Below are positions 45,745 through 56,114 of a DNA stretch of 64,000 bases, one piece after another. The stretch lies in IMG/VR virus record IMGVR_UViG_3300042465_005589, positions 124,001 to 188,000 of that record; one strand, given 5' to 3'. The number at the start of each line of letters is the position of its first letter. Positions within the stretch are counted from its first letter, which is position 1. The translations under genes and the position numbers were made by a program. The notes under the pieces were generated by a model. It saw only the letters and a program-made list of their open reading frames with translations, did not search any database and was not told the origin of the DNA.

Positions 45745-46454
45745 TATGTCCAGTAATTATGTTCCTTTGTGAAGAACTCATCGTTATTTCTATTAAACCA
45801 AGATTTAATCATCATCTTAACCATATAGAATAAACCTTTGTTCTTAAATCGTCTTGATGTGGTATAAACAATTTTGTCCGCTACATAAAACTTATTTGGT
45901 TTTATCTTTGAACTTAAATGATAATCCTCAGCGAACTTGTCATCCGGATTAAATCCTCCCAATGAATTAAATTCCTCTAAATTAAATAACATAAATCCTC
46001 CAACCGCAAATGGTGTAGAGAATTTGGTTAAGTATTGGATAACATCAAATGATTTATACACATAATTGTAATCACCATCGTCAGTTCTCATTTTAGTTGT
46101 TGACAAATGATAATCATTTTCTTTCATAACTTCAACCATACAATTTAATAGGCAATATTGGTTGATGAATATGTCGGCATCCAAAAATAAAACATAAGGA
46201 GTTTTTATCTTTTTGGTTCCGTTGTTTCTGGCTTCGGCAGGAAATCCCCCTTTAACTATTTTTACATTGATATTGGTATGGTATGAACCAAGAATACATT
46301 TCTGTGTGAATCCATCGTCCGTTGAAGAATCGGCAACCATTACATTTACACCTTTAATATTATTTTGCAAGTTTAACAATCCTAAAGTTTTCTTTATGAT
46401 TAATCCCTCATTTTTACAGGGGATTACAATTGTTAAATCCTTACTTAAACTCAT
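45744..46454 (-). CDS. family 2 glycosyltransferase
   Basis: IVIPCKNE, VADSSTDD, ARNNG, FLDAD, GGFML, EDYHL. Confidence 0.9.
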   Translation of the reverse strand: MSLSKDLTIVIPCKNEGLIIKKTLGLLNLQNNIKGVNVMVADSSTDDGFTQKCILGSYHTNINVKIVKGGFPAEARNNGTKKIKTPYVLFLDADIFINQYCLLNCMVEVMKENDYHLSTTKMRTDDGDYNYVYKSFDVIQYLTKFSTPFAVGGFMLFNLEEFNSLGGFNPDDKFAEDYHLSSKIKPNKFYVADKIVYTTSRRFKNKGLFYMVKMMIKSWFNRNNDEFFTKEHNYWT

Positions 46455-48055
46455 ATACTTATATCATCTAATCTATAATTAACATTTTCATTTACAACAC
46501 TATCATCAGGTGATGGATACCATCTGTCATCGGGGTCAAAGTCAGGTTTATCAATATGACTTTCAGATAATAATTCATTAAATATTCCTTCTAAATCATA
46601 CTTACCATCCCTATTCATATGATTTTCAAATATTTCATCAACCCAACCTTCATCAATATCAACTAAATTAGCTAAATCGACTTGAATTTTGGCTCCGGTG
46701 TCATTAAATTCATATACATTACCATAAAACTCTAACGCCGACTCAATTTCTTTCTGTAGAAAATCTACATAATCATTTGCGTCAGCATCATTTATCGCAC
46801 CACCAATAGCATTTCTTATTTCCCAATCATCATCCACTTGTTTGATAGAATCTTCTAAATCTAAATCCTCATCTAATTCAACACCATCTCTTTCTGCCAT
46901 TTTTCTAACAATATCCCACAATCTTTCTTCGGTTGGTTTGTCTACTGTATATTGGAAATAACTACCAAAATCTTCGTAACCGTCTTGATTCCACAAATCC
47001 CAAGCATCACCAGCCATTATTTCAACAAAAATACTTGTTCTTGTTTGTTTTCCGGTTGTTCTATTAGTATAAGTACGATAGGTACATCCATCAACATAAT
47101 CATCAAAATCCTCAGGTTTAATTTCTAATGAGAATCCTGTTGGTAATGGTTCCATTTCAATAATACCCATCTTATCTAACAATCGTTGCATAGGTCTTGA
47201 CGAGAACAACTCCGGTCTATTTTGATACAATTCTTTGATTGTTTGTTCCGGTAAGTCAGACAATTTAAAATCCTGTTCTGATGCGTACTCCGTTCCAAAT
47301 CCTTGAATTAAATAATCATCTTCTTCACCTTCACCACCTAACACGTAGAATAACGGTTGAATGTATTGATGGTATTCATCTTTTGGTTTTGAGTTCTTAA
47401 CACCCTTCAACTGATACATAATACCATCCTCACCAATTGCCGCAGTTAGAACTGATTTGTTTAATTTATATTTGTTGTTAATCGGAATTACTTGTCTTAA
47501 TGAATAAAGATATCCATAAGAACTTCTTCCACAATGCCCCATTCTATTACATTCTTCTGATGAGTTTTTTGTATTCAAATCAGCCCAATAAAACCCATTT
47601 CCATTTTCATCAGTGAAATCTAATATAGTTGGGTTTTCTTCCTTATAATTAATATCACCCTGACCAATTTCCAAACTATCGTGCCATTGTTTTGATTTAC
47701 GATGTAATTCATTCAAATTTAACTCTTTATTTTCACCTAAATTACCATTCAAACCAACTCTAATCCAATCCATTATTGATGTAATATCTTGTCTATGTGA
47801 ATTAATAGCTAAATTATTGTTCATATTTTTAATCGTAGCTCTTTTATATTCTTTATCATCGTCAAATTCCGGAAGGATTGATACTAAACGTTTAGAATAA
47901 AAATCAATAAATTTATTACCCATCCAAACAGATAAAGGACCACATAGTTTATCCAATAGGTCAGCATTCTCCTCATTAAACCCAATCTTATCCATTAAGA
48001 TTTGTTTCTTGGATGCCTCCGTAATGATTTGTCTTATACTCTCAATTAATTTCAT
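46451..48055 (-). CDS. leader-bearing large protein (possible PcfJ-like domain)
   Basis: Start MKLIESIRQIITEA; ECNRMGHCG...YQLKGVKNSKP. Confidence 0.75.
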   Translation of the reverse strand: MKLIESIRQIITEASKKQILMDKIGFNEENADLLDKLCGPLSVWMGNKFIDFYSKRLVSILPEFDDDKEYKRATIKNMNNNLAINSHRQDITSIMDWIRVGLNGNLGENKELNLNELHRKSKQWHDSLEIGQGDINYKEENPTILDFTDENGNGFYWADLNTKNSSEECNRMGHCGRSSYGYLYSLRQVIPINNKYKLNKSVLTAAIGEDGIMYQLKGVKNSKPKDEYHQYIQPLFYVLGGEGEEDDYLIQGFGTEYASEQDFKLSDLPEQTIKELYQNRPELFSSRPMQRLLDKMGIIEMEPLPTGFSLEIKPEDFDDYVDGCTYRTYTNRTTGKQTRTSIFVEIMAGDAWDLWNQDGYEDFGSYFQYTVDKPTEERLWDIVRKMAERDGVELDEDLDLEDSIKQVDDDWEIRNAIGGAINDADANDYVDFLQKEIESALEFYGNVYEFNDTGAKIQVDLANLVDIDEGWVDEIFENHMNRDGKYDLEGIFNELLSESHIDKPDFDPDDRWYPSPDDSVVNENVNYRLDDISI

Positions 48056-48104
48056 ACCTATATAAATATAACGAAAACAAAAAACCCCCAATGAGGAGGT
48101 TTTT

Positions 48105-48407
48105 TTATACTGTAAATTTGAAATGATTAGTTTCGTCAAAATCAAAGGTAGCTATCACATCATCTGTACCCCACACAAATCTAATAAAAAAACTAATGTC
48201 GGGATAAAGATTACCTGAATTTCCGGGAAATGAAATCACAATTTCATGTTTTTGTGAATTATAATTGAGTTCTGCCCTCATCCTACCATCACCACCTAAA
48301 TACTGTTTATAATTGGAGTAAGCACTAATTTTAATACCAACTTTATCCCAAAGTGTAGGGTATTTGTGTTTTAATAACCTTTGGAAATAATTAACCTCGT
48401 GTGTCAT
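48105..48407 (-). CDS. hypothetical protein
   Basis: 100-aa ORF. Confidence 0.7.
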   Translation of the reverse strand: MTHEVNYFQRLLKHKYPTLWDKVGIKISAYSNYKQYLGGDGRMRAELNYNSQKHEIVISFPGNSGNLYPDISFFIRFVWGTDDVIATFDFDETNHFKFTV

Positions 48408-48948
48408 TCCCTACCCAATCAATCTTTGGACAATACTTGTTGTATTTCGCTTTGATAAATTCTGTGGTTAAATTAACTTTGGTTTTTTCATAAACCCATT
48501 TGTTCTCTGTTTCAGAATAATATGATTTATCTGTGGTAGAATATTCTCTCAAATATTTAATACCTTCAATGATTCCAATCACAATTAACCCCAACCATAC
48601 CATACAACCTAAGATTTGACAAAACTCCCAAAAACTTTTTGTTTCAATAGGTGTGAAGAAACCAGCAATCGCGGTGATTAAAGAGGTAACCAACAATATT
48701 CCAATATAAACACCACAACTAACTCCTAATCGTTCTCCTGTACCTCTATCACCATTCTCATATCGTTTATCAAACAAATCATAAACAACCACCGGGATTG
48801 ATATTAATGTATATGGAATGATTGTTAGGTACATCAAAACCACTTTCCAAAAGTAAGGACACAAGTTATTTGGTAACCCTTTCCACTCACTAACACCATA
48901 AAACCATTTGTATAGTTTTGAACTAACTGAATTTTTATTTAATCTCAT
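48391..48948 (-). CDS. membrane protein
   Basis: Three hydrophobic segments; NLCPYFW. Confidence 0.75.
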   Translation of the reverse strand: MRLNKNSVSSKLYKWFYGVSEWKGLPNNLCPYFWKVVLMYLTIIPYTLISIPVVVYDLFDKRYENGDRGTGERLGVSCGVYIGILLVTSLITAIAGFFTPIETKSFWEFCQILGCMVWLGLIVIGIIEGIKYLREYSTTDKSYYSETENKWVYEKTKVNLTTEFIKAKYNKYCPKIDWVGNDTRG

Positions 48949-49298
48949 AATCCTAATTTTTCTTTTTTTGTTTTACCACTTTTTGCTCCCAACTCAACGT
49001 ATAGTTTTTGAATCTCTCCATACGACTTATACCATCTCGGTATTGCACCAACATCTGAAATATAATAACCCATCAAACAAGTACTTAAACTTGAAGAGAT
49101 ATACGGGTTACCACTTGAACTAATCATACAATCCGGATTTTTTCCGTCTAAAAGGTATGGGTTACTTTTTCTAACTTTCTCAATGAACTCTAAAACATCC
49201 CCATCTTTTGGTGGGAACCCTGTAACACTTATATTTACAATCTCATACACCGAGAAACACACAAACCCAACAATCAACAATATTACTAATCCTATCAT
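48945..49298 (-). CDS. membrane-anchored hypothetical protein
   Basis: N-terminal hydrophobic helix. Confidence 0.75.
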   Translation of the reverse strand: MIGLVILLIVGFVCFSVYEIVNISVTGFPPKDGDVLEFIEKVRKSNPYLLDGKNPDCMISSSGNPYISSSLSTCLMGYYISDVGAIPRWYKSYGEIQKLYVELGAKSGKTKKEKLGL

Positions 49299-49304
49299 AA
49301 CCTA

Positions 49305-50162
49305 TTATTTTCTATTTAATAATATTCCCTGAGCCGAACCAAACACATTATTATGTCCGTATTCTGATGTACCATTCGTAGCTCTTATTCTCTCGGTCTC
49401 CGCTCTATACAACTCTAACAATTTAGGTTGAGATAAAATTTCCTTTGTTTTAGCGTCGTATAGTGCTGCCTCATAGTTACCTTTCGCATTTGCCACTTTC
49501 TTAAGTGCCGTTTGTTCCGCTTGTTTTGTTTGAGATATAATGGTTGCCGTCTCCTGAAGAACCGCAATCTTTCTCTCAATAGCCGCCTTATACGAAGCCG
49601 GTAATGCCATTTTAAGGATTGCGATGTTATTCAATGTAAACCCTTCTTTCTCTAACGCCACAGTCAAGGTCTTAGTCACGTTCGACTCATACACATTTCT
49701 ATGTTGTAATAAACTATCCGATGCGAACGATACAGCATTTTCCAATAATTCCTTTCTAACAATCGTTCTTACTCTTGAATTAATTAAATCCTCCATACCC
49801 ACTCGATACTTAATAAATAAGTCAGCCGCTCTCGCTCTCTGTAATTGTAAGTTAATCGACACATCTAACCCGAATGTCGCACCATCCGCAGATGTTACAT
49901 CAATATGTTCATCCGTTGGGGAATCTTCATTTGAATCTGCTGACCATACTTTGTGTTGAACCGATGTTGGATACATAAACACATCCTGTGTTGGTGGGAA
50001 ATAAAAGATAAACCCCGAAGCCATTTCAATATTGGGAATACCCTTGTTAGTCCCAATTTGGTCCACCACTAACGCAACCTCAGCCGAGTCAGCAATCTTA
50101 CAAGAAGCTACTCCAAAAATAAACAATAACACTACACCTACTACTACTAAAATTCTTTTCAT
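49305..50162 (-). CDS. SPFH/Band 7 (prohibitin-like) membrane protein
   Basis: N-terminal anchor, YPTSVQH, VTSADG...LDVSI, coiled-coil AIERKIAVLQE. Confidence 0.88.
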   Translation of the reverse strand: MKRILVVVGVVLLFIFGVASCKIADSAEVALVVDQIGTNKGIPNIEMASGFIFYFPPTQDVFMYPTSVQHKVWSADSNEDSPTDEHIDVTSADGATFGLDVSINLQLQRARAADLFIKYRVGMEDLINSRVRTIVRKELLENAVSFASDSLLQHRNVYESNVTKTLTVALEKEGFTLNNIAILKMALPASYKAAIERKIAVLQETATIISQTKQAEQTALKKVANAKGNYEAALYDAKTKEILSQPKLLELYRAETERIRATNGTSEYGHNNVFGSAQGILLNRK

Positions 50163-50236
50163 TTTTTTTCTATTTTAATTATTACTTTTTTAATTGGGTA
50201 CAAAGATATACCATTTTTTTTAATACACAACTTTTT

Positions 50237-50479
50237 TTATTCTTTTTTTTCTTTATCAAAGAAAACACCCTTCATATTCTTTAAGAACATTGCAATGTTA
50301 TCCCCAAAATAGATTATTGGTCCGATAGTTGTTAACACCAATAATAAAAACCCACCATAGAATACAAAGGTATTAGGTAGTTTCATAAGGTAAAACGATA
50401 ATTTAATCAATTCTACCCAAGCGAAGATTCCAATTAGAACTCCCATAAATTTCAATAAACTTTTCATACTTTTAATCAT
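50237..50479 (-). CDS. two-helix membrane protein
   Basis: Hydrophobic ORF. Confidence 0.7.
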   Translation of the reverse strand: MIKSMKSLLKFMGVLIGIFAWVELIKLSFYLMKLPNTFVFYGGFLLLVLTTIGPIIYFGDNIAMFLKNMKGVFFDKEKKE

Positions 50480-51038
50480 TAAATAAATTATTCAAATATC
50501 TAAACATTTCACCATATGGGTGATTCTCTTTTCTATCCCATCCTAACTGAACGATGAAATTATCATTCTCATTTTTATACATCTCAAACATACGAGATTT
50601 AGTCATCTTACCATACTGAACGTTTGCTATTCTATCACATAGTTTCACAAACACTGCTCCCGGAGTATTTCTAATACCTTCGTAGTATTTGTCTCCAGCT
50701 CTCTCTTTACGATTCTTACCTTTGTCGTTGGTAACTGCGTAGATAATATCTGTAGCCTCTTCACCCAACTCAGTTTTAACATCGTTGTAAGACACTCGTG
50801 TGTCCTCAATTAAATCGTGACCCCAACTAGCTTTACGACAAGCATCTCTTAACGTGATTTGAAATGGTGGATGAGTAACTTTGTCACCGGTCTTCATATC
50901 AAATTCTCCATCCAATAGATGTTGGAAATCCTCACACACATTATTCACCATTCGTAAGTGAAATTCATACGGTAAATATCTGTCGTATTGATGATTTGTT
51001 TTGCGGTGTTGTTCTATACACCAATCTACATAGTTCAT
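50472..51038 (-). CDS. HD-domain protein, (p)ppGpp hydrolase (SAH/Mesh1)-like
   Basis: QH...QYD...LPYEFHL...GHDLIEDT...VKLCDRIANV. Confidence 0.85.
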   Translation of the reverse strand: MNYVDWCIEQHRKTNHQYDRYLPYEFHLRMVNNVCEDFQHLLDGEFDMKTGDKVTHPPFQITLRDACRKASWGHDLIEDTRVSYNDVKTELGEEATDIIYAVTNDKGKNRKERAGDKYYEGIRNTPGAVFVKLCDRIANVQYGKMTKSRMFEMYKNENDNFIVQLGWDRKENHPYGEMFRYLNNLFND

Positions 51039-51039
51039 T

Positions 51040-51249
51040 TTATCTTTGAATTAACATATTTGTATTTGCCATTGGTACTCTTAACACCGGAACTACTCCT
51101 CCGGTATCACCTGATTTTTGCATTACCTCGTAATACCCGTTTTCAACTTTCACAGTTGGAACATCTTTAAAGTTTAATAATTCCAACCCTCTTAACCCAT
51201 CTTGGAGTACAACTGTTTTATCTGTACTGTTAAACACTAATGTTTGCAT
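51040..51249 (-). CDS. hypothetical protein
   Basis: 69-aa ORF. Confidence 0.7.
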   Translation of the reverse strand: MQTLVFNSTDKTVVLQDGLRGLELLNFKDVPTVKVENGYYEVMQKSGDTGGVVPVLRVPMANTNMLIQR

Positions 51250-51255
51250 AATTTG

Positions 51256-52011
51256 TTATTTTAATTTTAATTTATTCATCATTCTTTTAAATACACTCTC
51301 TTTTTCAACTTTTGGTCTTTCAATTATTCTTGGTTCTATAGAATAACTCATTTGTTGTTCACCACCAATATATTGTTTCATTCGTTCTTGTTTTCTATAA
51401 TCAGAAACAAAATCATCTCTTAATTGAAGGAACTCTCTCTGTTCTCTACCTCTATCCATATAAGAATATGGGTCAGCCGCTAATGGGGCTTTTTGTGTTA
51501 CTCTATCATATTCTCTGTTTCTAACTACCCATTCTTTCATTTGTTGAATTCTTGGATGGGTTTCAATCACAACCCTAACATCCGACCATCTACGACTTTG
51601 ACTCATCGTCACATATTCATACAACAAATCCAAATAAGTTTTTCCAATGGTTCTATGTGGCGTGATGATAAGGATATTGAAATTAACTATAGTAGTCAAG
51701 TCATACCAATCTAATACTTTATCCGTTGATTCCATAATAGCACCAATTAAAACTTCAGTTTGATTATATTCCTCCTTCATTTTATAAACAAAACAATAAT
51801 TCCCAACACCCCAATATTTTGTAAAATAAACCTCCGATAACATTGTATTGTCTTTATCAATATGATGACCCAACTCTATATCAAGAAGTCTGTTGATAAT
51901 TTTAGTTCTTCTATCTTCATCCTCACGGAAATTACGATTCCAATCGGGGTTAATCTTATAACCTCGTGAAACTAAATTTAAATAATCCGTATATTTTAAT
52001 TCTCTTGCCAT
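51256..52011 (-). CDS. hypothetical protein
   Basis: Likely start MARELKY after the promoter at 52018. Confidence 0.75.
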   Translation of the reverse strand: MARELKYTDYLNLVSRGYKINPDWNRNFREDEDRRTKIINRLLDIELGHHIDKDNTMLSEVYFTKYWGVGNYCFVYKMKEEYNQTEVLIGAIMESTDKVLDWYDLTTIVNFNILIITPHRTIGKTYLDLLYEYVTMSQSRRWSDVRVVIETHPRIQQMKEWVVRNREYDRVTQKAPLAADPYSYMDRGREQREFLQLRDDFVSDYRKQERMKQYIGGEQQMSYSIEPRIIERPKVEKESVFKRMMNKLKLK

Positions 52012-52085
52012 ATGAGGCAAATATAAGACAAAAAAAATCACCTAACAAATTATTAGGTGATATTATTATAAAAAAAGTTATTAAA

Positions 52086-53171
52086 TTAAGGGTTGTAATG
52101 TCTTTGATATGATTTAAATCTTTGTTGACTAACATCATCAGTATCAATTATATTAAAATACTTCTCAACATTTGGATTGTTAAGTAACTTAAGAAAATAA
52201 TTATTTACTTGACCTCTAGAGATAGATAATCTTTTTAATTTGGTATATCGTCTGATAGATAATTCTTTAGACATTTTTTTATACAACCAATACGGTATTT
52301 TAATAAATTCAAACCCTTCTTTACCTTCAACCGGTCCTAACATTTCTATTTGAGATTTTGGTAGTTTAGCAAAATGAATGTCAATGTTATATGATTCCGC
52401 ACCATCCATAAATAATCCTGAGCGGTCTAATTGTTCGTAAATATTTAAAACATCAATCATCGTCCCACTGTCACCAACTATCATATAAGCACCTATCATC
52501 GTTTTTTCTTCTGGAAGATAAACTAACTTATTAAAGTCAGGTGTTGTATCAATTGGTTCTTCTTGTTCATTAATTCTTGAAGACAATGGTGGGTTTAATA
52601 AAAACTTATCATTAACCCAACGTCTTAATTCATTCTCAACAAAATATTCAGGTACTTCCTCATCGTCCGGTTTTTCAGTCGCCAACTCAGCAATGTGTTT
52701 AGCAAATTTAACTTTATATTTATCATCCAACATGGTCATTAAACCATCTGAAATAAAGAATATCTTAGAGAAGGGGTCATCTAAATGTATGTCGCCTTCC
52801 GCAATTTGAAATGATTTAAGAATTGCTCTTCCCCAAAAAGTTTTATAACTTTCTGTTTCAGTTAAACTTGGTTTCAATATCTTATTGATAGCTCTAACAA
52901 CACTACCAACAACACCCGGAATCATAAGTTGTGGTAAAAACCAAGGCAATAATCTAATGGTCGCCTTAACACCTCCCTCACCAATGTGTTTGAATATTCT
53001 TTTCTTTGTCGCACTTTCAACAATCGCCCGTAACTGACCAAAGGTAATTTTACCCTGAGCATGACAAAACTTTTCACTATCACAAATATTTTTGACTGTA
53101 GTTTTTGAAGGTTCTACATCAATATTCTCAGTTAATTTCGTATATTGCGGTCCTGTAATCTTAATTTTCAT
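52086..53171 (-). CDS. leader-bearing two-module protein
   Basis: Start MKIKITGPQYTKLTEN; internal SRINEQE junction. Confidence 0.8.
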   Translation of the reverse strand: MKIKITGPQYTKLTENIDVEPSKTTVKNICDSEKFCHAQGKITFGQLRAIVESATKKRIFKHIGEGGVKATIRLLPWFLPQLMIPGVVGSVVRAINKILKPSLTETESYKTFWGRAILKSFQIAEGDIHLDDPFSKIFFISDGLMTMLDDKYKVKFAKHIAELATEKPDDEEVPEYFVENELRRWVNDKFLLNPPLSSRINEQEEPIDTTPDFNKLVYLPEEKTMIGAYMIVGDSGTMIDVLNIYEQLDRSGLFMDGAESYNIDIHFAKLPKSQIEMLGPVEGKEGFEFIKIPYWLYKKMSKELSIRRYTKLKRLSISRGQVNNYFLKLLNNPNVEKYFNIIDTDDVSQQRFKSYQRHYNP

Positions 53172-53213
53172 AATTATAAATATCTTGAATATATTTATTG
53201 TTAAACTCATACA

Positions 53214-54026
53214 ATGGAAAAATACAAATTAATCAATTTAGTTAAAAAAACCAGTAGGTCATTCAGGAATCAAAGTCCGACCGGTATATATAGATTAATA
53301 ATTACTGACAACAGTTACGAACCATTATCTTATGTACTAAAGGCTAAAGATTTGGTAATCTTTTCTCTATTAGTACCACGTTTTCATATGGGTTCCGATA
53401 TCGACGAAGATTATGATAGAATTGAATTTAATATGTTCTCAGTTGAATTAGTTGAAGTTTATGATTCTGAACCTGAATTAGATTGTCCCGAATGTAATGA
53501 CGGACATGTTAATTGTGATAATTGTGATGGTACAGGAGAGATAGAATGTGATAGATGTGACAATACAGGTCAAGTTGATTGTTCTTCTTGTGGTGGTGAT
53601 GGTGTTGATGATGAAGGTGAAGAATGTTCTGAATGTGAAGGCATGGGTAAAGAAAGTTGCAATTATTGTTACGGTAGTGGATACGAATCTTGTAATTATT
53701 GTGGTGGAGATGGAGATAATATTTGCCCAACTTGTGATGGTGAGGGTAAAAAATATTCTAAAGAAAAATCTGAAGTAATTTATTCTGATTTTATTTCTTG
53801 GAGTGGTCGTTGGAAATTATTTTTTTCCAATATTAAACAGGAAGAACAAATAGACCGTGAAGATTCTGATAATTTTCTTAACAATAACCAAACATTATTA
53901 TTGAAAACTTATTATGAGATGTCTGAAGAATATGAAGGTTATGAAAATGGTGACACTTTTTTATTTAAAATGAATGAAAAACCTGAAATAATAACTAGAG
54001 ATAAAGAAGGTATTGTCAGAATTTAA
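53214..54026 (+). CDS. protein with DnaJ-type CxxCxGxG zinc-finger repeats, no J domain
   Basis: Eight CxxC motifs between residues ~90 and 180. Confidence 0.8.
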   Translation: MEKYKLINLVKKTSRSFRNQSPTGIYRLIITDNSYEPLSYVLKAKDLVIFSLLVPRFHMGSDIDEDYDRIEFNMFSVELVEVYDSEPELDCPECNDGHVNCDNCDGTGEIECDRCDNTGQVDCSSCGGDGVDDEGEECSECEGMGKESCNYCYGSGYESCNYCGGDGDNICPTCDGEGKKYSKEKSEVIYSDFISWSGRWKLFFSNIKQEEQIDREDSDNFLNNNQTLLLKTYYEMSEEYEGYENGDTFLFKMNEKPEIITRDKEGIVRI

Positions 54027-54047
54027 TAATAAACTATATTTATAATT

Positions 54048-54719
54048 ATGGTATCAGAAAGATTAATAAAATTATATTACGACAAACTTAAAAAACCCAC
54101 AAATATGTTTGGGTTATTATTACACCCATTCATGTCTAATAATAAAATAAAATGGGAATATGAAAATCCTAACGATGTTTCTTTTGCAACTACCGTAGTT
54201 GAAGGTCATCTTGAGGAGATGTTACACGACTTTTTACAATTAGCTGGTATAACAAATGGGTTTAACCCTAATTCAGGACTTGATTGGTCACAACTATCTA
54301 AAGATTATTGTAAATTAACTAAATCAGATGTTTATATCAATAAAGAAATTAGAAATAAAATAAATAGGTCATTTAATAATCTTAAAAAGATTGGATTATA
54401 TGATAATGGAGAACTTTTAACCTCCGAATGTTCTATAAAAAATTGGTCTCTTGAATATCTTGATAAAGAAGCTCTTGGATTTCATTTAGATTTAGAATTA
54501 TATAATCCTAAAATTGAAGGTAAAGAGGTTGATAATGATACATTACAAGATTATATTCAAAGTTTTATATATGATGATGATGCTCACGAACAAGAATATG
54601 AAATCATAGGAAATGTATCGTCAATAGTTCGTGATGAAAAAAATCTTTTTGATAATGATTATATGTTTGTCCAACCAATAATTGGTTATTACGATTCTTT
54701 TGGAAATGGTTTAACTTAA
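54048..54719 (+). CDS. hypothetical protein
   Basis: 223-aa ORF behind a TATTTAT motif. Confidence 0.8.
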   Translation: MVSERLIKLYYDKLKKPTNMFGLLLHPFMSNNKIKWEYENPNDVSFATTVVEGHLEEMLHDFLQLAGITNGFNPNSGLDWSQLSKDYCKLTKSDVYINKEIRNKINRSFNNLKKIGLYDNGELLTSECSIKNWSLEYLDKEALGFHLDLELYNPKIEGKEVDNDTLQDYIQSFIYDDDAHEQEYEIIGNVSSIVRDEKNLFDNDYMFVQPIIGYYDSFGNGLT

Positions 54720-55078
54720 TCAAAAGTTAAATCAACACACACCATAGGTAAGTATTGTTCTATATTATTTAATATTTTATCTTCAATATCATCTTGAACC
54801 CAACTTGGTAAATCCCCCATACCGTATTCTTCCCAATCACCTTCAAACCCTACCATAACATCCACATCAAGATAAACAGTACCACTATAGTTACAACCAG
54901 GTTCAGATTCTTTTGAGAAAATCACAACACGTTTTACTTTAAACTTAACCTTCCAATCAGCGTAATCATCCTCTGAATGACTGTATGGCATACTATATTG
55001 ACCTTCCATAGTATTATCACTATTAACAATTTTGTTAATTAATACCGCAATTTTTTCAATCTTTTCTTGTTTAGTCAT
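54716..55078 (-). CDS. hypothetical protein
   Basis: 120-aa ORF. Confidence 0.75.
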   Translation of the reverse strand: MTKQEKIEKIAVLINKIVNSDNTMEGQYSMPYSHSEDDYADWKVKFKVKRVVIFSKESEPGCNYSGTVYLDVDVMVGFEGDWEEYGMGDLPSWVQDDIEDKILNNIEQYLPMVCVDLTFD

Positions 55079-56112
55079 TATATATAATCAGGGAAAAACT
55101 CATTTATATATTTATCTACTAAACGACTATCAGGATAATCCGGTATTCTAAAGTCAAGCCAAGGCTCATCACCATTATCCATAAAAGTATTCATCATATT
55201 TAACCAAGTACTAACATAGTCAATGTTATTAGCATAATATCCCCAATTACTAGTGTCCGCAACAAATTTCTTAATAGAATTTGATACTTCGTTTGGATTA
55301 AATTTAATGTAGTAGAACTCAGTAAGTTTGGTAGAATCACCATACAAAGGAACTGCCTCCCACTTAGCTGATTTCATATCAAAAAAAGTTTCCAACTCAT
55401 CTATAGCCATATTATATATTTCTGTTTCATGAGCAGTATTATAAGCATTACTATGAATACTATATAAGTCACCTGTTAAGTCAGGTAAATAATCATTGTC
55501 AAGCAAGTATTGAAAAGATTCTTCATCACCAATAACATCACTAACATTCTCCGGTGTTAAATAAAAAATACCCTCATCGTCAGCATAATTACGAAATAAA
55601 TCAGGTGTCTCATCATCAACTTCTATTTTCCAATTAGTTAACACATCTAACATATGTTGTTTTAATCGTTCCATGTTCTCGGGGTTCAATTCTTCAATAA
55701 CATCTCTATGTATATCATCGGTAGTATTGTCATGATATTCCCAATTATCTTCACCAAATATAGATTTAACATAATCTCTCGCACTTAAATCACGACCACC
55801 ACTATAAAATAATTCGGATAAGTCCTCTCTATCTTGAACTCTTAAATAATAAACCCCATCTTTAGGTATTATATCCGATAGTTGAGCAACACAATACTCT
55901 AAAGTTTTTTTATCATTTAAAACGTTTAAAAGATAATTTAATATTTCTAACTGATAATCACTTACATCATCATCAAAAGGGTCGACATATTCTAATAAAT
56001 TTTGTCTATGGAAAAACTTTAAAATATTTCCCACATTATCAAACATATCAATAAGATGGTCAATATCACCACCGTTAAAATCATTAACATATTTTAAATA
56101 TTTTTCATTCAT
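55078..56112 (-). CDS. acidic hypothetical protein
   Basis: 344-aa ORF, similar in style to the C-terminus of 46451-48055. Confidence 0.8.
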   Translation of the reverse strand: MNEKYLKYVNDFNGGDIDHLIDMFDNVGNILKFFHRQNLLEYVDPFDDDVSDYQLEILNYLLNVLNDKKTLEYCVAQLSDIIPKDGVYYLRVQDREDLSELFYSGGRDLSARDYVKSIFGEDNWEYHDNTTDDIHRDVIEELNPENMERLKQHMLDVLTNWKIEVDDETPDLFRNYADDEGIFYLTPENVSDVIGDEESFQYLLDNDYLPDLTGDLYSIHSNAYNTAHETEIYNMAIDELETFFDMKSAKWEAVPLYGDSTKLTEFYYIKFNPNEVSNSIKKFVADTSNWGYYANNIDYVSTWLNMMNTFMDNGDEPWLDFRIPDYPDSRLVDKYINEFFPDYI

Positions 56113-56114
56113 AA

